The notes beneath the pieces were generated by a model that saw only the letters and a list, made by a program, of their open reading frames with translations, had not been told where the DNA came from and ran no database searches. Source: Mobula hypostoma (taxonomy: Eukaryota). Taken from it: a DNA stretch of 64,000 bases. A program made the position numbers and the translations under genes. Of the stretch, positions 34,698-48,288 are shown piece after piece. The stretch is taken from the NCBI RefSeq assembly GCF_963921235.1, contig NC_086106.1:20460001-20524000 (forward strand), written 5' to 3'. Position 1 is the stretch's first letter; each line of letters opens with the position of its first letter.

Positions 34698-37600
34698 GTG
34701 AGGAACACGTTCCCAGAAAACCGCTATGGAACCCCAGAAATAATAAGCCCAATTCCTGATGGGCTGGTGGGACCCCGTTCCAGCGTGTCCCTACGGATAG
34801 AGGGAATCTTTGCGAAAGCCATCCTTGACACCAGGTCGCAGGTTACCTTACTGTTTAGGTCGTTCTACAACAAATATCTGAAACATTTGGCAGTCACTCT
34901 GTTTAACGCATTGGAAATTTGGGGCATAAGTGATGGTGATTACCCGTACGATGGATACTTGTCAGTAAGATTGAGATTTTCGGAGGGAGATGTGAGAGTA
35001 TCGGAAGCCTTTGAGACGCTGGTGTTGGTTTGTCCGGACCCGGTGGAGACCGGTGGTGCTGCCCTGTTAGTGGGGACTAACTCCCCTCTGGTGCGACGGC
35101 TATTGGGAGCCAGTAAGAAGAAGGGAGGGGGGGAAAAACTTTCTGGAGACCCTCTCGGTACACCCCGTGTTCCGAGCGGTGTACGAAGGAGTGAGGGACC
35201 CCCAGGGGCTGGATCCTGAGTGCAAACTTGGGACGGTGTGGTGCACTCAGCCGAGGCCTAAGGTGATACGGCCAGGGGAGGCGGCATTAGTGATGGGGAC
35301 CCCCAGATTCCCCGGATTACCGCCGGGCGAGGCCCTGCTGGTAGACGCCCCCGACGACCTGGAAAGGGAGTCCCGGTTCACAGCTGGGGCGCTAGTGAGA
35401 CCTGAATTGCAGAGGCCCTCAGCTGTACAGGCACGGCGGATGTGTGTGATGGTAAGGAACATAACGGAGAGGGAGATCACCTTCAAGCGCGGGATGCCCC
35501 TCGCGCACTTGATCCCGGTGACGGTGATGTCCAGCGCCCCGGTGAAGCCCACTGGAGGGAAACTATTGGGAAACGGGGGGCAGCTGACTGAGGATCCTTT
35601 ATTTTTGAAAACTCCCCTGTACCGCCGGAGTATAAGAGCAGGCTGCTGGAGAAGATGCTGAAGTTAGGGGGTGTCTTTTCTCAGGACGAGTTTGATGTAG
35701 GGTGTTCCAAGAGCACTCGGTACACCATTCGGGTAACAAATGACACCCCCCTTAGTGAGAGGTTGCGGCGGTTGGCCCCAGCAGATGTGGAGGATGTGCT
35801 GCAGCCCTTGCGGCATTTGAAAGACGAAGGGATTATTGCGGAGTCCCGAAGCACCTATGCGTCCCCCATAGTGGTGGCAAGGAAGAAAAAATGGGAAGGT
35901 ACGCATGTGCGTGGACTATAGGACCCTGAACCGCTGCACTGTTCCCGACCAATATACGGTCCCCAGGGTGGAAGATGCCTTGGGCTGTCTGAATGGTGTA
36001 CCGTGGTTCAGTGTATTGGATTTGCGGAGTGGGTATTACCAGATTCCGATGAGCAAGTCTGATAAGGAGAAGACAGCCTTTATCTGCCCCCTGTGGTTTT
36101 TCCAGTTCGAACGAATGCCCCAAGGCATCTCGGGGGCCCCAGCCACCTTCCAGCGGCTCATGGAGCGGAAAGTGGGGGACATGAACCTGCTGGAGGTATT
36201 GGTGTACCTGGACGACCTGATAGTGTTTGGATCTACGTTGGAGGAGCATGAGGAGCGGCTGCTGAAGGTGCTGAGTCGGCTGAAGGAGGAAGGATTAAAA
36301 CTTTCCCTGGATAAATGTCAGTTCTGCAAAACGTCAGTCAGTTATGTTGGGCACATAATCTCGCGAAATGGAGTGGCCACCGATCCAGATAAGATAGCCG
36401 CAGTCACCACCTGGCCGAGACCTCAGAAGTTGAGCGCCTTACGCTCGTTTTTGGGGTTTTGCGGATATTACCGGCGGTTCGTGAAAGAATATGCGAAAAT
36501 GAGTCATCCGTTGAACCACCTGCTGTGTGGCTATCCACCTGTGGGGAGGAGGAGGAAGGGAGACCGAGGGTCGGTGGTAGGAGGATACTTAAACCCGGGA
36601 GAGCCTTTTGGATTGAGGTGGGATGCTCAATGTGAGGAGGCGTTCCAATCTCTAAAAAGGGCGCTGACGCAGGCCCCAGTGTTGGCATTTGCTGATCCCC
36701 GGAAGCCGTATGTTCTACGCACTCATGCCAGTCACGACGGTCTGGGTGCTGTTATGTACCAGGAACAGGGAAACGGATTGAGGCCGGTAGCGTTTGTCAG
36801 TCGGAGTTTTTAGCCATCTGAGAGAAACTATCCCACTCACAAGCTGGAGTTCTTGGCGTTGAAATGGGCGGTGGTGGACAAGTTGAGTGACTACCTATAT
36901 GGGGCCCAGTTTGAGGTGAGAACTGATAACAACCCTCTCACTTATATTCTGACCTCTACGAAGCTGGATGCTACTGGGCACCGGTGGTTAGCAGCCTTGT
37001 CTGCCTATGAGTTCAGCCTGAAGTACCGCCCGGCGAGTCGGAACATCGATGCAGATGCCCTGTCTCGTCGGGTGCACGACGAGTCTGGCACGGTCGAGGA
37101 GTAGAAGAGTGTCCCCGCCCAGCGAGTAAAGGCCATGTGTCAAGTTGGGAGCGACGGGGAAGTAGGAGCACAGATGGGAACGGATCGGGCAGTAGATCAA
37201 CTGGGGGCTGACGATGACGCGCTGCCCACTGTTTACTGTAATGTGACTGCTCTGAGCAACAGGCAGCTGCCGGAGTTGAGTCCCCAGGAAGTAGAGGCGG
37301 CTCAGCGTGATGACCCAAGCATTGGCACTATCTGGTACGCGGTTAGCCGGGGTGATAAGGGGAGGTGGAGAAGGCGAAATATGACTCCGTTCCCCTACTA
37401 CTGAAGGAGTGGCACCGGTTGAAGCTGAAGAACAACGTCCTGTACCGGGTCACGTCGCCTCCGGACCACCCCCGGCGCTGGCAGCTGGTCATGCCTGAGA
37501 AGTATCGGAAGACTGTGCTCCAGGCTCTACATGATGATTCTGGGCACTTTGGGGTAGAGAAGACCTATGGATTAGTCAAGGACCGGTTTTACTGGCCCCG

Positions 37601-38600
37601 GATGGGGGGAGGGGGGTGTTTGCGGGGGAGGTGGAAGAATACTGTAAGACCTGTAGCCGTTGCGTCAGGAGGAAGACCTTGCCTGCGCAGGCGACCCCCT
37701 TATCCCACTTTCAGAGTGCGGGACCCATAGACCTGGTGTGCATGGATTTCCTGTCTATTGAGCCAGACACCAGCAATACCGCGATTGTCTTGGTCCTCAC
37801 GCATCACTGCCCTAGATATGCACAGGCCTTTCCTACTAAGGATCAGAAAGCGACGACAGTGGCGAAGGTGTTAAGGGAGAAGTACTTTGTTCATTATGGC
37901 CTTCCCCGGCGGATCCACAGTGATCAGGGACGGGACTTCGAGAGCAGGCTTATACATGAATTGCTGGGTATGCTTGGGGTTGAAAAATCCAGAACCACTC
38001 CCTATCACCCGCAGGGTGATCCTCAGCCCGAGAGGTTCAACCGGACCCTGCTAGACATGCTTGACACCTTGGAGACTGGACAGAAGAGTAAGTGGAGTCG
38101 GCACATTGCCCATTTGGTTCATTGTTACAATTGTACTCGCAATGATGTTACGGGGTACTCGCCCTACTATCTGATGTTCGGACGGGAAGCGAGGTTGCCC
38201 ATTGATCTGTGTTTTGGGACTGAAGCGTGGGAAATACCTTCGAAGCCATGTCTGAAGTACGTGTCCGATATGAGAAGAGAGTTGAAAAGGGCGTAGGAGC
38301 TGGCTGAGGCGGCAGCCACCAAGCAGAACCAGCGGAATAAAAGAAGGTATGATCAGAAGGTAAAGTTCATCCAGCTATTGCCGGGAGACCGAGTCCTTAT
38401 CCGGAATTTAGGACTACCTGGTAAGCACAAGTTGGCGGACCGTTGGGCAGCCACCCCCTTTGTGGTGGAGAGTCAGATGCCGAATCTCCAGGTTTACCGG
38501 GTGAGACCTGGTAAAGGGGCCTGTCAAGGTACTCCATCGGAACCACCTGTTGCCTCTGGGTCGAGAGGTGAAGGTACACCCAGAGCCCGAATGGGAGTTT
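34698..38600 (+). pseudogene. pol: Gypsy pol (protease, RT, RNase H, integrase), multiple frameshifts and stops
   Basis: AILDTRSQV; CVDYRTLN, LDLRSGYYQI, YLDD; VRTDNNPLTY; HDDSGH...CKTC, MDF, HSDQG, ERFN. Confidence 0.92.
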
Positions 38601-41092
38601 ACTCCTGTTACGAGGACTCTGCGAGGGCGCGGGGCGGGGGAAGAGCCCGCTGCGAAGAAGACGGGGCCGGCACCCACCTCGAGAAGGGATACGTCATCGG
38701 AAGATGATGATTCGGACGTGTGGTACCTGCTTCCGTTCGCTGATTCCCCGGTGGCGGGAGAAGAGACTCCTGGCCCTTCCATCACTGAGTCAGGGCGAGG
38801 GAGGGTGTTGCCGAGCCGCCTGTATTACAGCCGGGATTGGGGAAGGAGAGGGTGGAGGCAGAACCCGAGCCAGAGGGCTCACAGGGGCGGAGGGATCCCG
38901 GTGAAGGGGAATGTCCGACAGATTGGCCCGAGGGGTCAACTGGGGTGTCTAAACAGGGAGAGTCCGCAGCGGAAGTACAGAGGCCTCAGAGGAGTAGGCA
39001 TCCCCCGGAAAGACTAACTTATACAGCGCCGGGAGAGCAGGGTGTGATCTCTACTGCCCTGCAAAGTTATGTCACTGCTTTATGCACCTGGGTTGGGTTT
39101 TGTGTTTTACAAGTAGCACTGGTGAACTCTGTGAACGTCATGAGGGCATGACTTATTGTGGTGGGGGGAGAGTGTACGGGGTCTTTATTTTGTTACATTT
39201 AAAATGGCGACTTTGTTATGTTAATCTGGGGAATGCGGCTTTATTGTGCTTTAACGCTGAAGAGAGTTTGCGCTAGCAATTTGTTTTACTTTAAAATGAG
39301 ATAACAGGCTTCTATTAGCCAATGGGTGGTTATGTATCGTTTTGTTTTCGGATACCATGCTGTATGATATGACTGTGGACTGGGTTTTGGCGGGAAGTCG
39401 GAGGGGAGACGAGGAGGACCGCGGACGCGTGGAGAGCCTCCGGTAGATCACTCAGGGTGCTCCCGAGCCGTGAGTCGACGGAATTCGGGTGCTCGTCTGA
39501 AGTCGAATTGAGCTCCGACGTAGCGCGCGAAGAACTTGGACTTTCATAAGTGTTGGCGCCTTTTTTTTCATTACTTTCCTCTCTGTATCAAATGTATATT
39601 AATGTCATAGAATTAATAATATCTATAAAGTGTATTTGTTAAAATCTACTGGGTGTGCTGGCTGATGATTGATGTTTGTGATTGCTTCGGACGGCAACCG
39701 ACCCTGTGCGGAGTGTTGAGGCGGGTGCTGGGCTGGATTTCCCCTAGACATACACGAGCCAATATAACTGAACGTTTCGTGAATTACACATCTGGGTCGC
39801 TATTCAGAGAGAATTTGGATGCAATCACGTTGATGGGTCAGGGGTCATAAAGAGGCTTGGAGGCGAAGGATGAGTGATCTCTTTCCTGAAGGATATCACT
39901 AATTCTGAAAGGAAATTATTACTAATGGCGAGATTTGAAAATAAATGCAAATTTGAAATCAGACTGCAGATCCAAATCTATTGCAAACTGCTCAGGAAAT
40001 AGCAATAAAAATCAATTCCTCTGTGCGAGCTGTAATCTACACTTAACTCATGCTCTGAGCACTCTGGGTGCTTGCTGGAATCTCTTTGAGGAAGAATTCC
40101 CCAGAGTAACAAGTTAAATACTGATTCCATTCAATGACAGAGCAGAGAGCTACGTCATTGATCCGATAAAGCCTGGGCTTCCCCTTAGCTGCGCAAACCC
40201 AATAAACCCTTTGGCTCTCTGATCTTCCCTGTATCCCTACGAATATCAAATGTCCTCCTGTTCCACTTCTACACTCACTATTGGACATCACGATCATTCA
40301 GGCAATGTGTTCCAGATCAGTAACGTTCATCAAAGACGTTCCCTTAATTGGTCTTTCCCCACAGCATCTATGCTACTCCCAATCCCCATTCGTCAATGCA
40401 AGGATACCTGCAATTTATGAAGGCATTGTGCCTAAATATCCCTGCTATATTATTTCTACACCACGTACCCACTGCCTTCCTAACTTCAAAGTTCTGCCTC
40501 TCCGCACACCATTTCTTCACCTATCAGGGAATAAATTTAATGTCATGTGCCCTGTGATGGGAATAAAGAACCAGCAGAAATGGAAAATACTTTGGAGTCC
40601 AGTATTGCTATCAACTAATAATATTTATTAGTAATTACTCAATACAGTAATATCAATGTAGATAAATTAAACAGGTTAGCAATGATCATATATATAAGTA
40701 AGTAATCAGTAATTGTGGAAATATATGTGAAAAACTCAGCTTCTTTAAGTCTATGGGTAAAAACATACAGTCTTACGATGATGAGTAAAGTTCAGTTCAG
40801 TTCGGTTCGTGATATTGAGTTGAGTAGTGACTTTAACAAAGGGGACCGGTTTTTTGTGGTGGAGCTTTCACCCAGGCCAGGGTGGACACATGGACAACTG
40901 CCCACCTGTCAATCCCTTTCCTTTTCACTGCAAGAGCGACTGATCGATACTGCAAAACCTACTTTTTCCTATGGGCACAACAATGCTCATTCAGTGTCCA
41001 AAACATATGTCTGAGGTCATCTGACCTCCTATTTATCTCACCGTACTAAATATCAGCTTTCCTTCTCTTCTCTGCGTAAGTATGGCAAGCAG

Positions 41093-41204
41093 GCAATTGC
41101 ACATTGCACATTTCAACGGAGACGTAACGCAAATGTTTGTACTCATCATGTATATGAAGGATGTAAGTAATAAGGTCAATTAAATTTAATCCAGTTCAAT
41201 TCAA
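41093..41204 (+). mobile_element. LINE 3' end with TTCAA tail abutting J
   Basis: Duplicate of 3632-3742. Confidence 0.6.
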
Positions 41205-41282
41205 GTTACTGTGAGCGAGGTTCCTCTTTGTAGGCAAGATATCCACACTGCTCCGTCTCTAAATTCACCCAGTGGAGTAATT
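41203..41282 (-). pseudogene. IGHJ: IgH J pseudo-segment with degenerate RSS23 (A copy 2, distal)
   Basis: Coding 41203-41243; cacactg 41244-50, 23 nt, ggagtaatt 41274-82. Confidence 0.72.
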
Positions 41283-41418
41283 TCAATTTCCTGTCACATC
41301 CACGAATCTCAGAAAAGTGTCAACATGATCCTAGAACAACAGCAGCCACTTCCTGGATTTCTATCCGAAACTTCGAACTTGGATCTTCCTGGCCTTGTCA
41401 TAAAGGGGCTTTGATAAC

Positions 41419-43760
41419 ATAGAAACATAGAAACATAGAAAATAGGTGCAGGAGTAGGCCATTCGGCCCTTCGGGCCTGCACCGCCATTTATTATGATCA
41501 TGGCTGATCATCCAACTCAGAACCCAGCCTTCCCTCCATACCCCCTGACCCCTGTAACCACCAGGGCCATATCTAACTTCCTTTTAAACATAGCTAATGA
41601 ACTGGTCTCAACAGTTTGCTGTGGCAGAGAATTCCACAGATTCACCACTCTCTGTGTGAAGAAGTTTTTCCTAACATCGGTCCTAAAAGGCTTCCCCTCT
41701 ATCCTCAAACTGTGACCCCTCGTTCTAGACCTCCCCAACATCGGGAACAATTTTCCCGCATCTAGCCTGTCCAATCCCTTTAGGATCTTATACGTTTCAA
41801 TCAGATCCCCCCTCAATCTTCTAAATTCCAACGAGTACAAGCCCAGTTCATCCAGTCTTTCTTCATATGAAAGACCTGCCATCCCAGGAATCAATCTGGT
41901 GAACCTTCTTTGTACTCCCTCTATGGCAAAGATGTCTTTCCTCAGATTAGGGGACCAAAACTGCACACAATACTCCAGGTGTGGTCTCACCAAGGCCTTG
42001 TACAACTGCAGTAGTACCTCCCTGCTCCTGTACTCGAATCCTCTCGCTATAAATGCCAGCATACCGTTCGCCTTTTTCACCGCCTGCTGTACCTGCATGC
42101 CCACTTTCAATGACTGGTGTATAATGACACCCAGGTCTCGTTGCACCTCCCCTTTTCCTAATCGGCCACCATTCAGATAATAATCTGTTTTCCTATTTTT
42201 GCCACCAAAGTGGATAACTTCACATTTATCCACATTAAATTGCATCTGCCATGAGTTTGCCCACTCACAACCTATCCAAGTCACCCTGCATCCTCTTAGC
42301 ATCCTCCTCACTGCTAACACTGCCACCCAGCTTTGTGTCATCCGCAAACTTGGAGATGCTGCATTTAATTCCCTCATCCAAGTCATTAATATATATTGTA
42401 AACAACTGGGGTCCCAGCACTGAGCCTTGCGGTACCCCACTAGTCACCGCCTGCCATTCTGAAAAGGTCCCGTTTATTCCCACTCTTTGCTTCCTGTCTG
42501 CTAACCAATTCTCCACCCACACCAATACCTTACCCCCAATACCGTGTGCTTTAAGTTTGCACACTAATCTCCTATGTGGGACCTTGTCAAAAGCCTTTTG
42601 AAAATCCAAATATACCACATCCACTGGTTCTCCCCTATCCACTCTACTAGTTACATCCTCAAAAAATTCTATGAGATTCGTCAGACATGATTTTCCTTTC
42701 ACAAATCCATGCTGACTTTGTCCGATCATTTCACCGCTTTCCAAATGTGCTGTTATCACATCCTTGATAACTGACTCCAGCAGTTTCCCCACCACCGACG
42801 TTAGGCTAACCGGCCTATAATTCCCCGGTTTCTCTCTCCCTCCTTTTTTAAAAAGTGGGGTTACATTAGCCACCCTCCAATCCTCAGGAACTAGTCCAGA
42901 ATCTAACGAGTTTTGAAAAATTATCACTAATGCATCCACTATTTCTTGGGCCACTTCCTTAAGCACTCTGGGATGCAGACCATCTGGCCCCGGGGATTTA
43001 TCTGCCTTCAATCCCTTCAATTTACCTAACACCACTTCCCTACTAACATGTATTTCGCTCAGTTTCTCCATCTCACTGGACCCTCTGTCCCTTACTATTT
43101 CTGGAAGATTATTTATGTCCTCCTTAGTGAAGACAGAACCAAAGTAATTATTCAATTGGTCTGCCATGTCCTTGCTCCCCATAATCAATTCACCTGTTTC
43201 TGTTTGCAGGGGACCTACATTTGTCTTTATCAGTCTTTTCCTTTTTACATATCTATAAAAGCTTTTACAGTCCGTTTTTATGTTCTCTGCCAGTTTTCTC
43301 TCATAATCTTTCTTCCCCTTCCTAATTAAGCCCTTTGTCCTCCTCTGCTGAACTCTGAATTTCTCCCAGTCCTCAGGTGAGCCACTTTCTCTGGCTAATT
43401 TGTATGCTACTTCTTTGGAATTGATACTATTCCTAATTTCTCTTGTCAGCCACGGGTGCACTACCTTCCTTGATTTATTCTTTTGCCAAACTGGGATGAA
43501 CAATTGTTGTAGTTCATCCATGCAACCTTTAAATGCCTGCCATTGCATATCCACCGTCAATCTTTGAAGTGTCATTTGCCAGTCTATCTTAGCTAATTCA
43601 CGTCTCATACCTTCAAAGTTACCCCTCTTTAAGTTCAGAACCTTTGTTTCTGAATTAACTACGTCACTCTCCATGTTAATGAAGAATTCCACCATATTAT
43701 GGTCACTCTTAGCCAAGGGGCCTCTCACAACAAGATCGCTAATTAACCCTTCCTCATTGC
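41419..43760 (-). mobile_element. Young 5'-truncated CR1 LINE, copy-2-specific
   Basis: 487-aa and 307-aa overlapping ORFs (one frameshift) with [13 protein letters not shown] and KFADDTK. (catagaaa)n tail; TAAC on both flanks; empty site at about 3952. Confidence 0.95.
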
Positions 43761-46700
43761 TAACGGACCCAAATGCAAGACACAGGCACTGCAGTACTAG
43801 CTACAGGCCAAATTTTATCAAGAAAACAAGGGGAGTTCGGAAGAAACAACGCTGGACATGGACAAAGGCCCTGGACGAGGCAAAGACACCGGCCCTGGGC
43901 TAGGACTAAGACATGGAAAAGAAACTTGGAACTAGGTGCCTGGGCTAGGACACCAAGCCAGAGACTGGACAGGGACGAGTAACGTGGGTCTTGATTCGGG
44001 CTCGTCCCCAGATCTAGGCGAGGACAAGACCTGGCTACAGGACTGGACGTGGTTACAGGACTGGATGTGGAACTCCTGCACAGGACGAAGCGCATTGCAA
44101 TGACGAGAACGCAAAGCCTTAACATGGACAAGACCAGGTTCTTGGACTAGGCTTGGATAAAACGGGGTTCTTGGACGTGGCTTGAACTAGAGGAGGGATT
44201 CCTGGACTCGACGAGGGAACTCCTGGTCTGCAGGACGAGGTTTGCCTCGGCTCTTGGACTCGGCTTGGTTAGACTCTTGGGTACCGAGCAGGGACACCTC
44301 GGTGGAGCGCCGGGCTAGGGTACTTTCTAGGGGCAGGGCCGGGACATTAAAATGTCGCTGTCTACATGTGATGTGACGAAGGATTGGAGAGTGGCTCATG
44401 TTGTTCCGTTGTTTAAAAAAGGATCGAAAAGTAATCCTGGAATTTATAGGGCAGTAAGTTTAATGTCGGTAGTAGGTAAGTTATGGGAGCGAGTACTAAG
44501 AGACAGAATTTGCAAGCATTTGGATAGACAGGGACTTAATAGGGAGAGTCAACATTGCTTTGTGCGTGGCAGGTCATGTTTGACCAATCTACTGGACTTT
44601 TTCGAGGAGGTTACCAGGAAAGTGGATGAAGGGAAGGCAGTGGATATTGTCTACATTGATTTCAGTAAGGCCTTTGACAAGGTCCCGCATGGGAGGTTAG
44701 TTAGGACAATTCAGTCGCTAGGTATACATGGAGAGGTGGTAAATTGGATCAGACATTGGCTCAATGGAAGAAGCCAAAGAGTGGTAGTAGAGAATTGCTT
44801 CTCCGAGTGGAGGCCTGTGACTAGTGGTGTGCCACAGGGATCAGTGCTGGGTCCATTGTTATCTATATCAATGATCTGGATAATAATGCGGTAAATTGGA
44901 TCAGCAAATTTGCTGATGATACAAAGATTGGAGGTGTAGTAGACAGCGAGGAAGGTTTTCAGAGTCTGCAGAGGGACATGGACCAGCTGGAAAAATGGGC
45001 TGAAAAATGGCAGATGGAGTTTAATGCAGACAAGTGTGAGGTATTGCACGTTGGAAGGACAAACCAAGGTAGAACATACAGGGTTAATGGTAAGGCACTG
45101 AGGAGTGCAGTGGAACGGAGGGATCTGGGAATACAGATACAAAATTCCCTAAAAGTGGCGTCACAAGTAGATAGGGTCGTAGAGAGCTTTTGGTACATTA
45201 GCCTTTATTAATCGAATTATTGAGTATAAGAGCTGGAATGTTATGATGAGGTTGTATAAGGCATTGGTGAGGCCGAATCTGGAGTATTGTGTTCCGTTTT
45301 GGTCACCAAATTACAGGAAGGATATAAATAAGGTGGAAAGAGTGCAGAGAAGGATTACAAGGATGTTGCCAGGACATGAGAAACTCAGTTACAGAGAAAG
45401 GTTGAATAGGTTAGGACTTCATTCCCTGGAGCGTGGAAGAATGAGGGGAGATTTAATAGAGGTATATAAAATTATGATGGGTATAGATAGAGTGAATGCA
45501 AGCAGGCTTTTTCCACTGAGGCAAGGGGAGAAAAAAAAATCAGAGGACAATGGTTAAGGGTGAGGTATAAAAGTTTAAAGGGAACATTAGTGGGGGCTTC
45601 TTCACACAGAGAGTGGTGGGAGTATGGACTGTGCTGCCAGACAAGGTGTTAAAGCGGGTTCTTTCTTAACAGTTAAGAATAAATTGGACAGATACATGGG
45701 TGGGAGGTGTATGGAGGGATATGGTCCGTGTGCAGGTCAGTGGGACTAGGCAGAAAAATGCTCGGCACAGCCAAGAAGGGCCAAAAGGCCTGTTTCTGTG
45801 CTGTAGTTTCTGTGGTTCTATGTTTCTATGAAGGTAGCAGGCGATGTCGCAGGCAAGGTAGCAGGTTAGGATTCGGAAGGAAGGGGAAGGGAACTGTGCA
45901 GCAGGGAATCCTTGGTTTACAGAGGGAGTTATGTGCCAGCCCAAAACGAGACGCAGGTACCTCAATTAAGGTAAGAAATGGAACAAGGGAAAACAGGAAA
46001 CCCCGGAATAAGCATCGATGAACCGGACCGTGAACGGGAATGCGGATTTCACGGACTGGACCGTGACAGTACCACCATCCTCCTCTCCCACCCCCCCCCC
46101 CCACGCCCTATGTGAGCCTCCTGGCCAACGAGCAGGCTGTCCAGGACTAAGGACGATCTGGGCGTTGGGGCGGGGGGGGTGGGTGCGGGTTGCGGTTTAG
46201 TATTCAACTGGAGGGCCCCCAGGATGGCGAGAGTTAAACGACAGTGTCTGTGTTGATGGGTCCATGTATGAATGGACTTTTCTTATATAAGCGGGCGTTG
46301 GGAACCGCCCAAGTGCAAAACACACATACTGGAGTACTGGGGACAGGACACGTTTTATCAGGAAAGCAAAGGGAGTCAGAAAGAAACAGCGCTCGACCTG
46401 GACACAGGCCTTGGACGGGACCAGGACACCAGGCCTGGGCTAGGACTATGACGACGAAAAGCAGGACCTGGACAAGGAACATAGAACTAGGAGCTTTGGC
46501 TAAGACTCCGAGCCAGACACTGTACAGGGACCCGGAAACTGGGTCTTGACTCAGGTTCAGAGTCCGGATATGGGCAAGTACAAAACATGGCTATTTGACT
46601 GGACGTGACTAGGCTACAGGACTGGATGTGGAACTCCTGCACTGGACGGGAACAGAAAGAACTTGATTTGGACAGGACGAGGTTCTTGGACTAGGATTAG

Positions 46701-47635
46701 ACAAGACGAGGTACTTGGACGTGGCTTGGACTAGACGGGATACCAGGACGTGGCTTGGGTTAGACGAGGTTCTTGCAAATGGCTTGGAGTAATCGAGGGA
46801 CTCCTGGACTGGACGAGGGAATGCCTGGACAGTACGAGGAAATCCAGGGCAGGGCTTGGAACTCCAGAGTAGGGCGAGGAGCTCCAGGACAGGACATGGC
46901 TCTTGGACGAGGTTTAGTTCGGCTTGGTTAGGCTCTTAGACACAGAGCCAGGAATCCTCCTTGGAGTGCAGGGCCGGGACCCTATCTTGGATGCAGGGCC
47001 GGTATAATTTCTAGGACGCAGGGCCGGTATAATTTCTAGGACGCAGGGACGGGGCACTTTCTGGGACGTCGGGCCGGGATGACTGTCGAGGATTCTAGGG
47101 GAGGGACCTGCCGAGGTAACTGTCGGGGATTCGGGTACGGACGATCCAGCACAGGACGAGACACTCCAGCACAGTACGAGAAGACGAAGCCTTGACTTGG
47201 ACAGGAGTGGAACACGGCGCCTGGAATTTGGAACACAGGAACACAGAACACAGAGCCGGGACCCCTCCTTGAGGACAGGGCATAGGGCCGGGTCTCGTAC
47301 ACGGAACCCCGAACCAAAATCCCTCCTTTGCAACAGGCCATAGGGCCGGGACTCTTCTAGACACGGGGCAATAAACACGAGGACACAACATGAGAATTCC
47401 AAAGTCAACGACAGATTTTTCCTTAACTTGATGCGACAAAGCTCCTGTCTCTCTCCGGCGGGTTAACTTGACGACGAAATTTTACGAAGTGTCAGACGAA
47501 GGTGGCAAACAAATGGAGCAGGCGAGGTAGCATGCGAGGATTCGGAAGGAAGGGGAATGGAACAATCCAGCAGTGATTCCTTGTATTGCTGAGGTATTTA
47601 TGTGCCAGCCCGAAACGAGATTCAGGTGCTTCAAT
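43761..47635 (-). mobile_element. Sushi-like two-LTR element, copy 2 (with nested CR1 and ~1.6-kb deletion)
   Basis: Duplicate of 3949-9840; LTR start ccgtgaca at 46061-68. Confidence 0.6.
44346..45829 (+). mobile_element. CR1 RT fragment (duplicate of ~6176-7520)
   Basis: ORF 44352-44894 with [11 protein letters not shown]; ctatg tail. Confidence 0.88.
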
Positions 47636-47687
47636 TAGGAAAGATATTCACAGTGCTCCGTCTCCCCATTCATCCAATGCAGCTACT
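47636..47687 (-). pseudogene. IGHJ: IgH J stub with RSS23 (A copy 2)
   Basis: cacagtg 47649-55, 23 nt, gcagctact 47679-87; 13-nt coding stub fused to LTR. Confidence 0.7.
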
Positions 47688-47999
47688 TCACTTGCTCGCC
47701 ACATCCACTGATCTCAGAAAAGTGTCAACATGATCCCAGACCGGCAGCAGCTACTTCCTGGACTTGTATCCGAAATTCTGATCTTTGCTCTTCCTGGTCG
47801 CTGAATAAAGGAGACATTTTCACAGTTCTCCTGTGTGCAGACAAGAACATCAAAGTCGAAGCCAGTTGGGTTTTTACTTGCCCAGAAATAAACATTTTCT
47901 ATTGCAGTCTCAGTCAGCCTTCAGGGCTTTGACTCTGGGAGGTAACAATGCGGAATTCGTGGAGACGGACAGCGATGCTGATGCCCATTTGTCGGGACT

Positions 48000-48063
48000 A
48001 GTTTCTGTTCAGCTCCCCATCACCGTGGTGGAGATCACAGTGCTTCACTGCAGGTCAAAATCA
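48000..48063 (-). other. IGHD: IgH D segment (48028-48035) with 12/12 RSSs (A copy 2)
   Basis: Identical to 10205-10268. Confidence 0.85.
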
Positions 48064-48288
48064 GATTTCGTCATATCCAGCCGAAATGCAATGGATCGCA
48101 GAGCCGGCCAAAGTATATATTAAACCCTCCCTCTGGGTAAAGGCGTCCGACATAGCAGGTCTCAATCTCGGCCATCCCAGTTCTGAAGTAGATATGATAT
48201 AACCAACCGACAGCTTATTCTGGGCTTCAACTAACAGCTCCTCCTCGGTAGTTCCGTTCGCATTGAGATGCATTGCCAGTTGAAGCTG

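Larger units (their letters stand above)
32695..39779 (+). mobile_element. Full-length but decayed Ty3/Gypsy LTR retrotransposon (PNMA-like gag), copy-2-specific
   Basis: LTRs at 32695-33305 and 39173-39779 (about 6% different by partial count). TSD TGAA; empty site at 2301-04. PBS tRNA-Pro-like 33308-27; PPT 39160-72. Confidence 0.95.
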
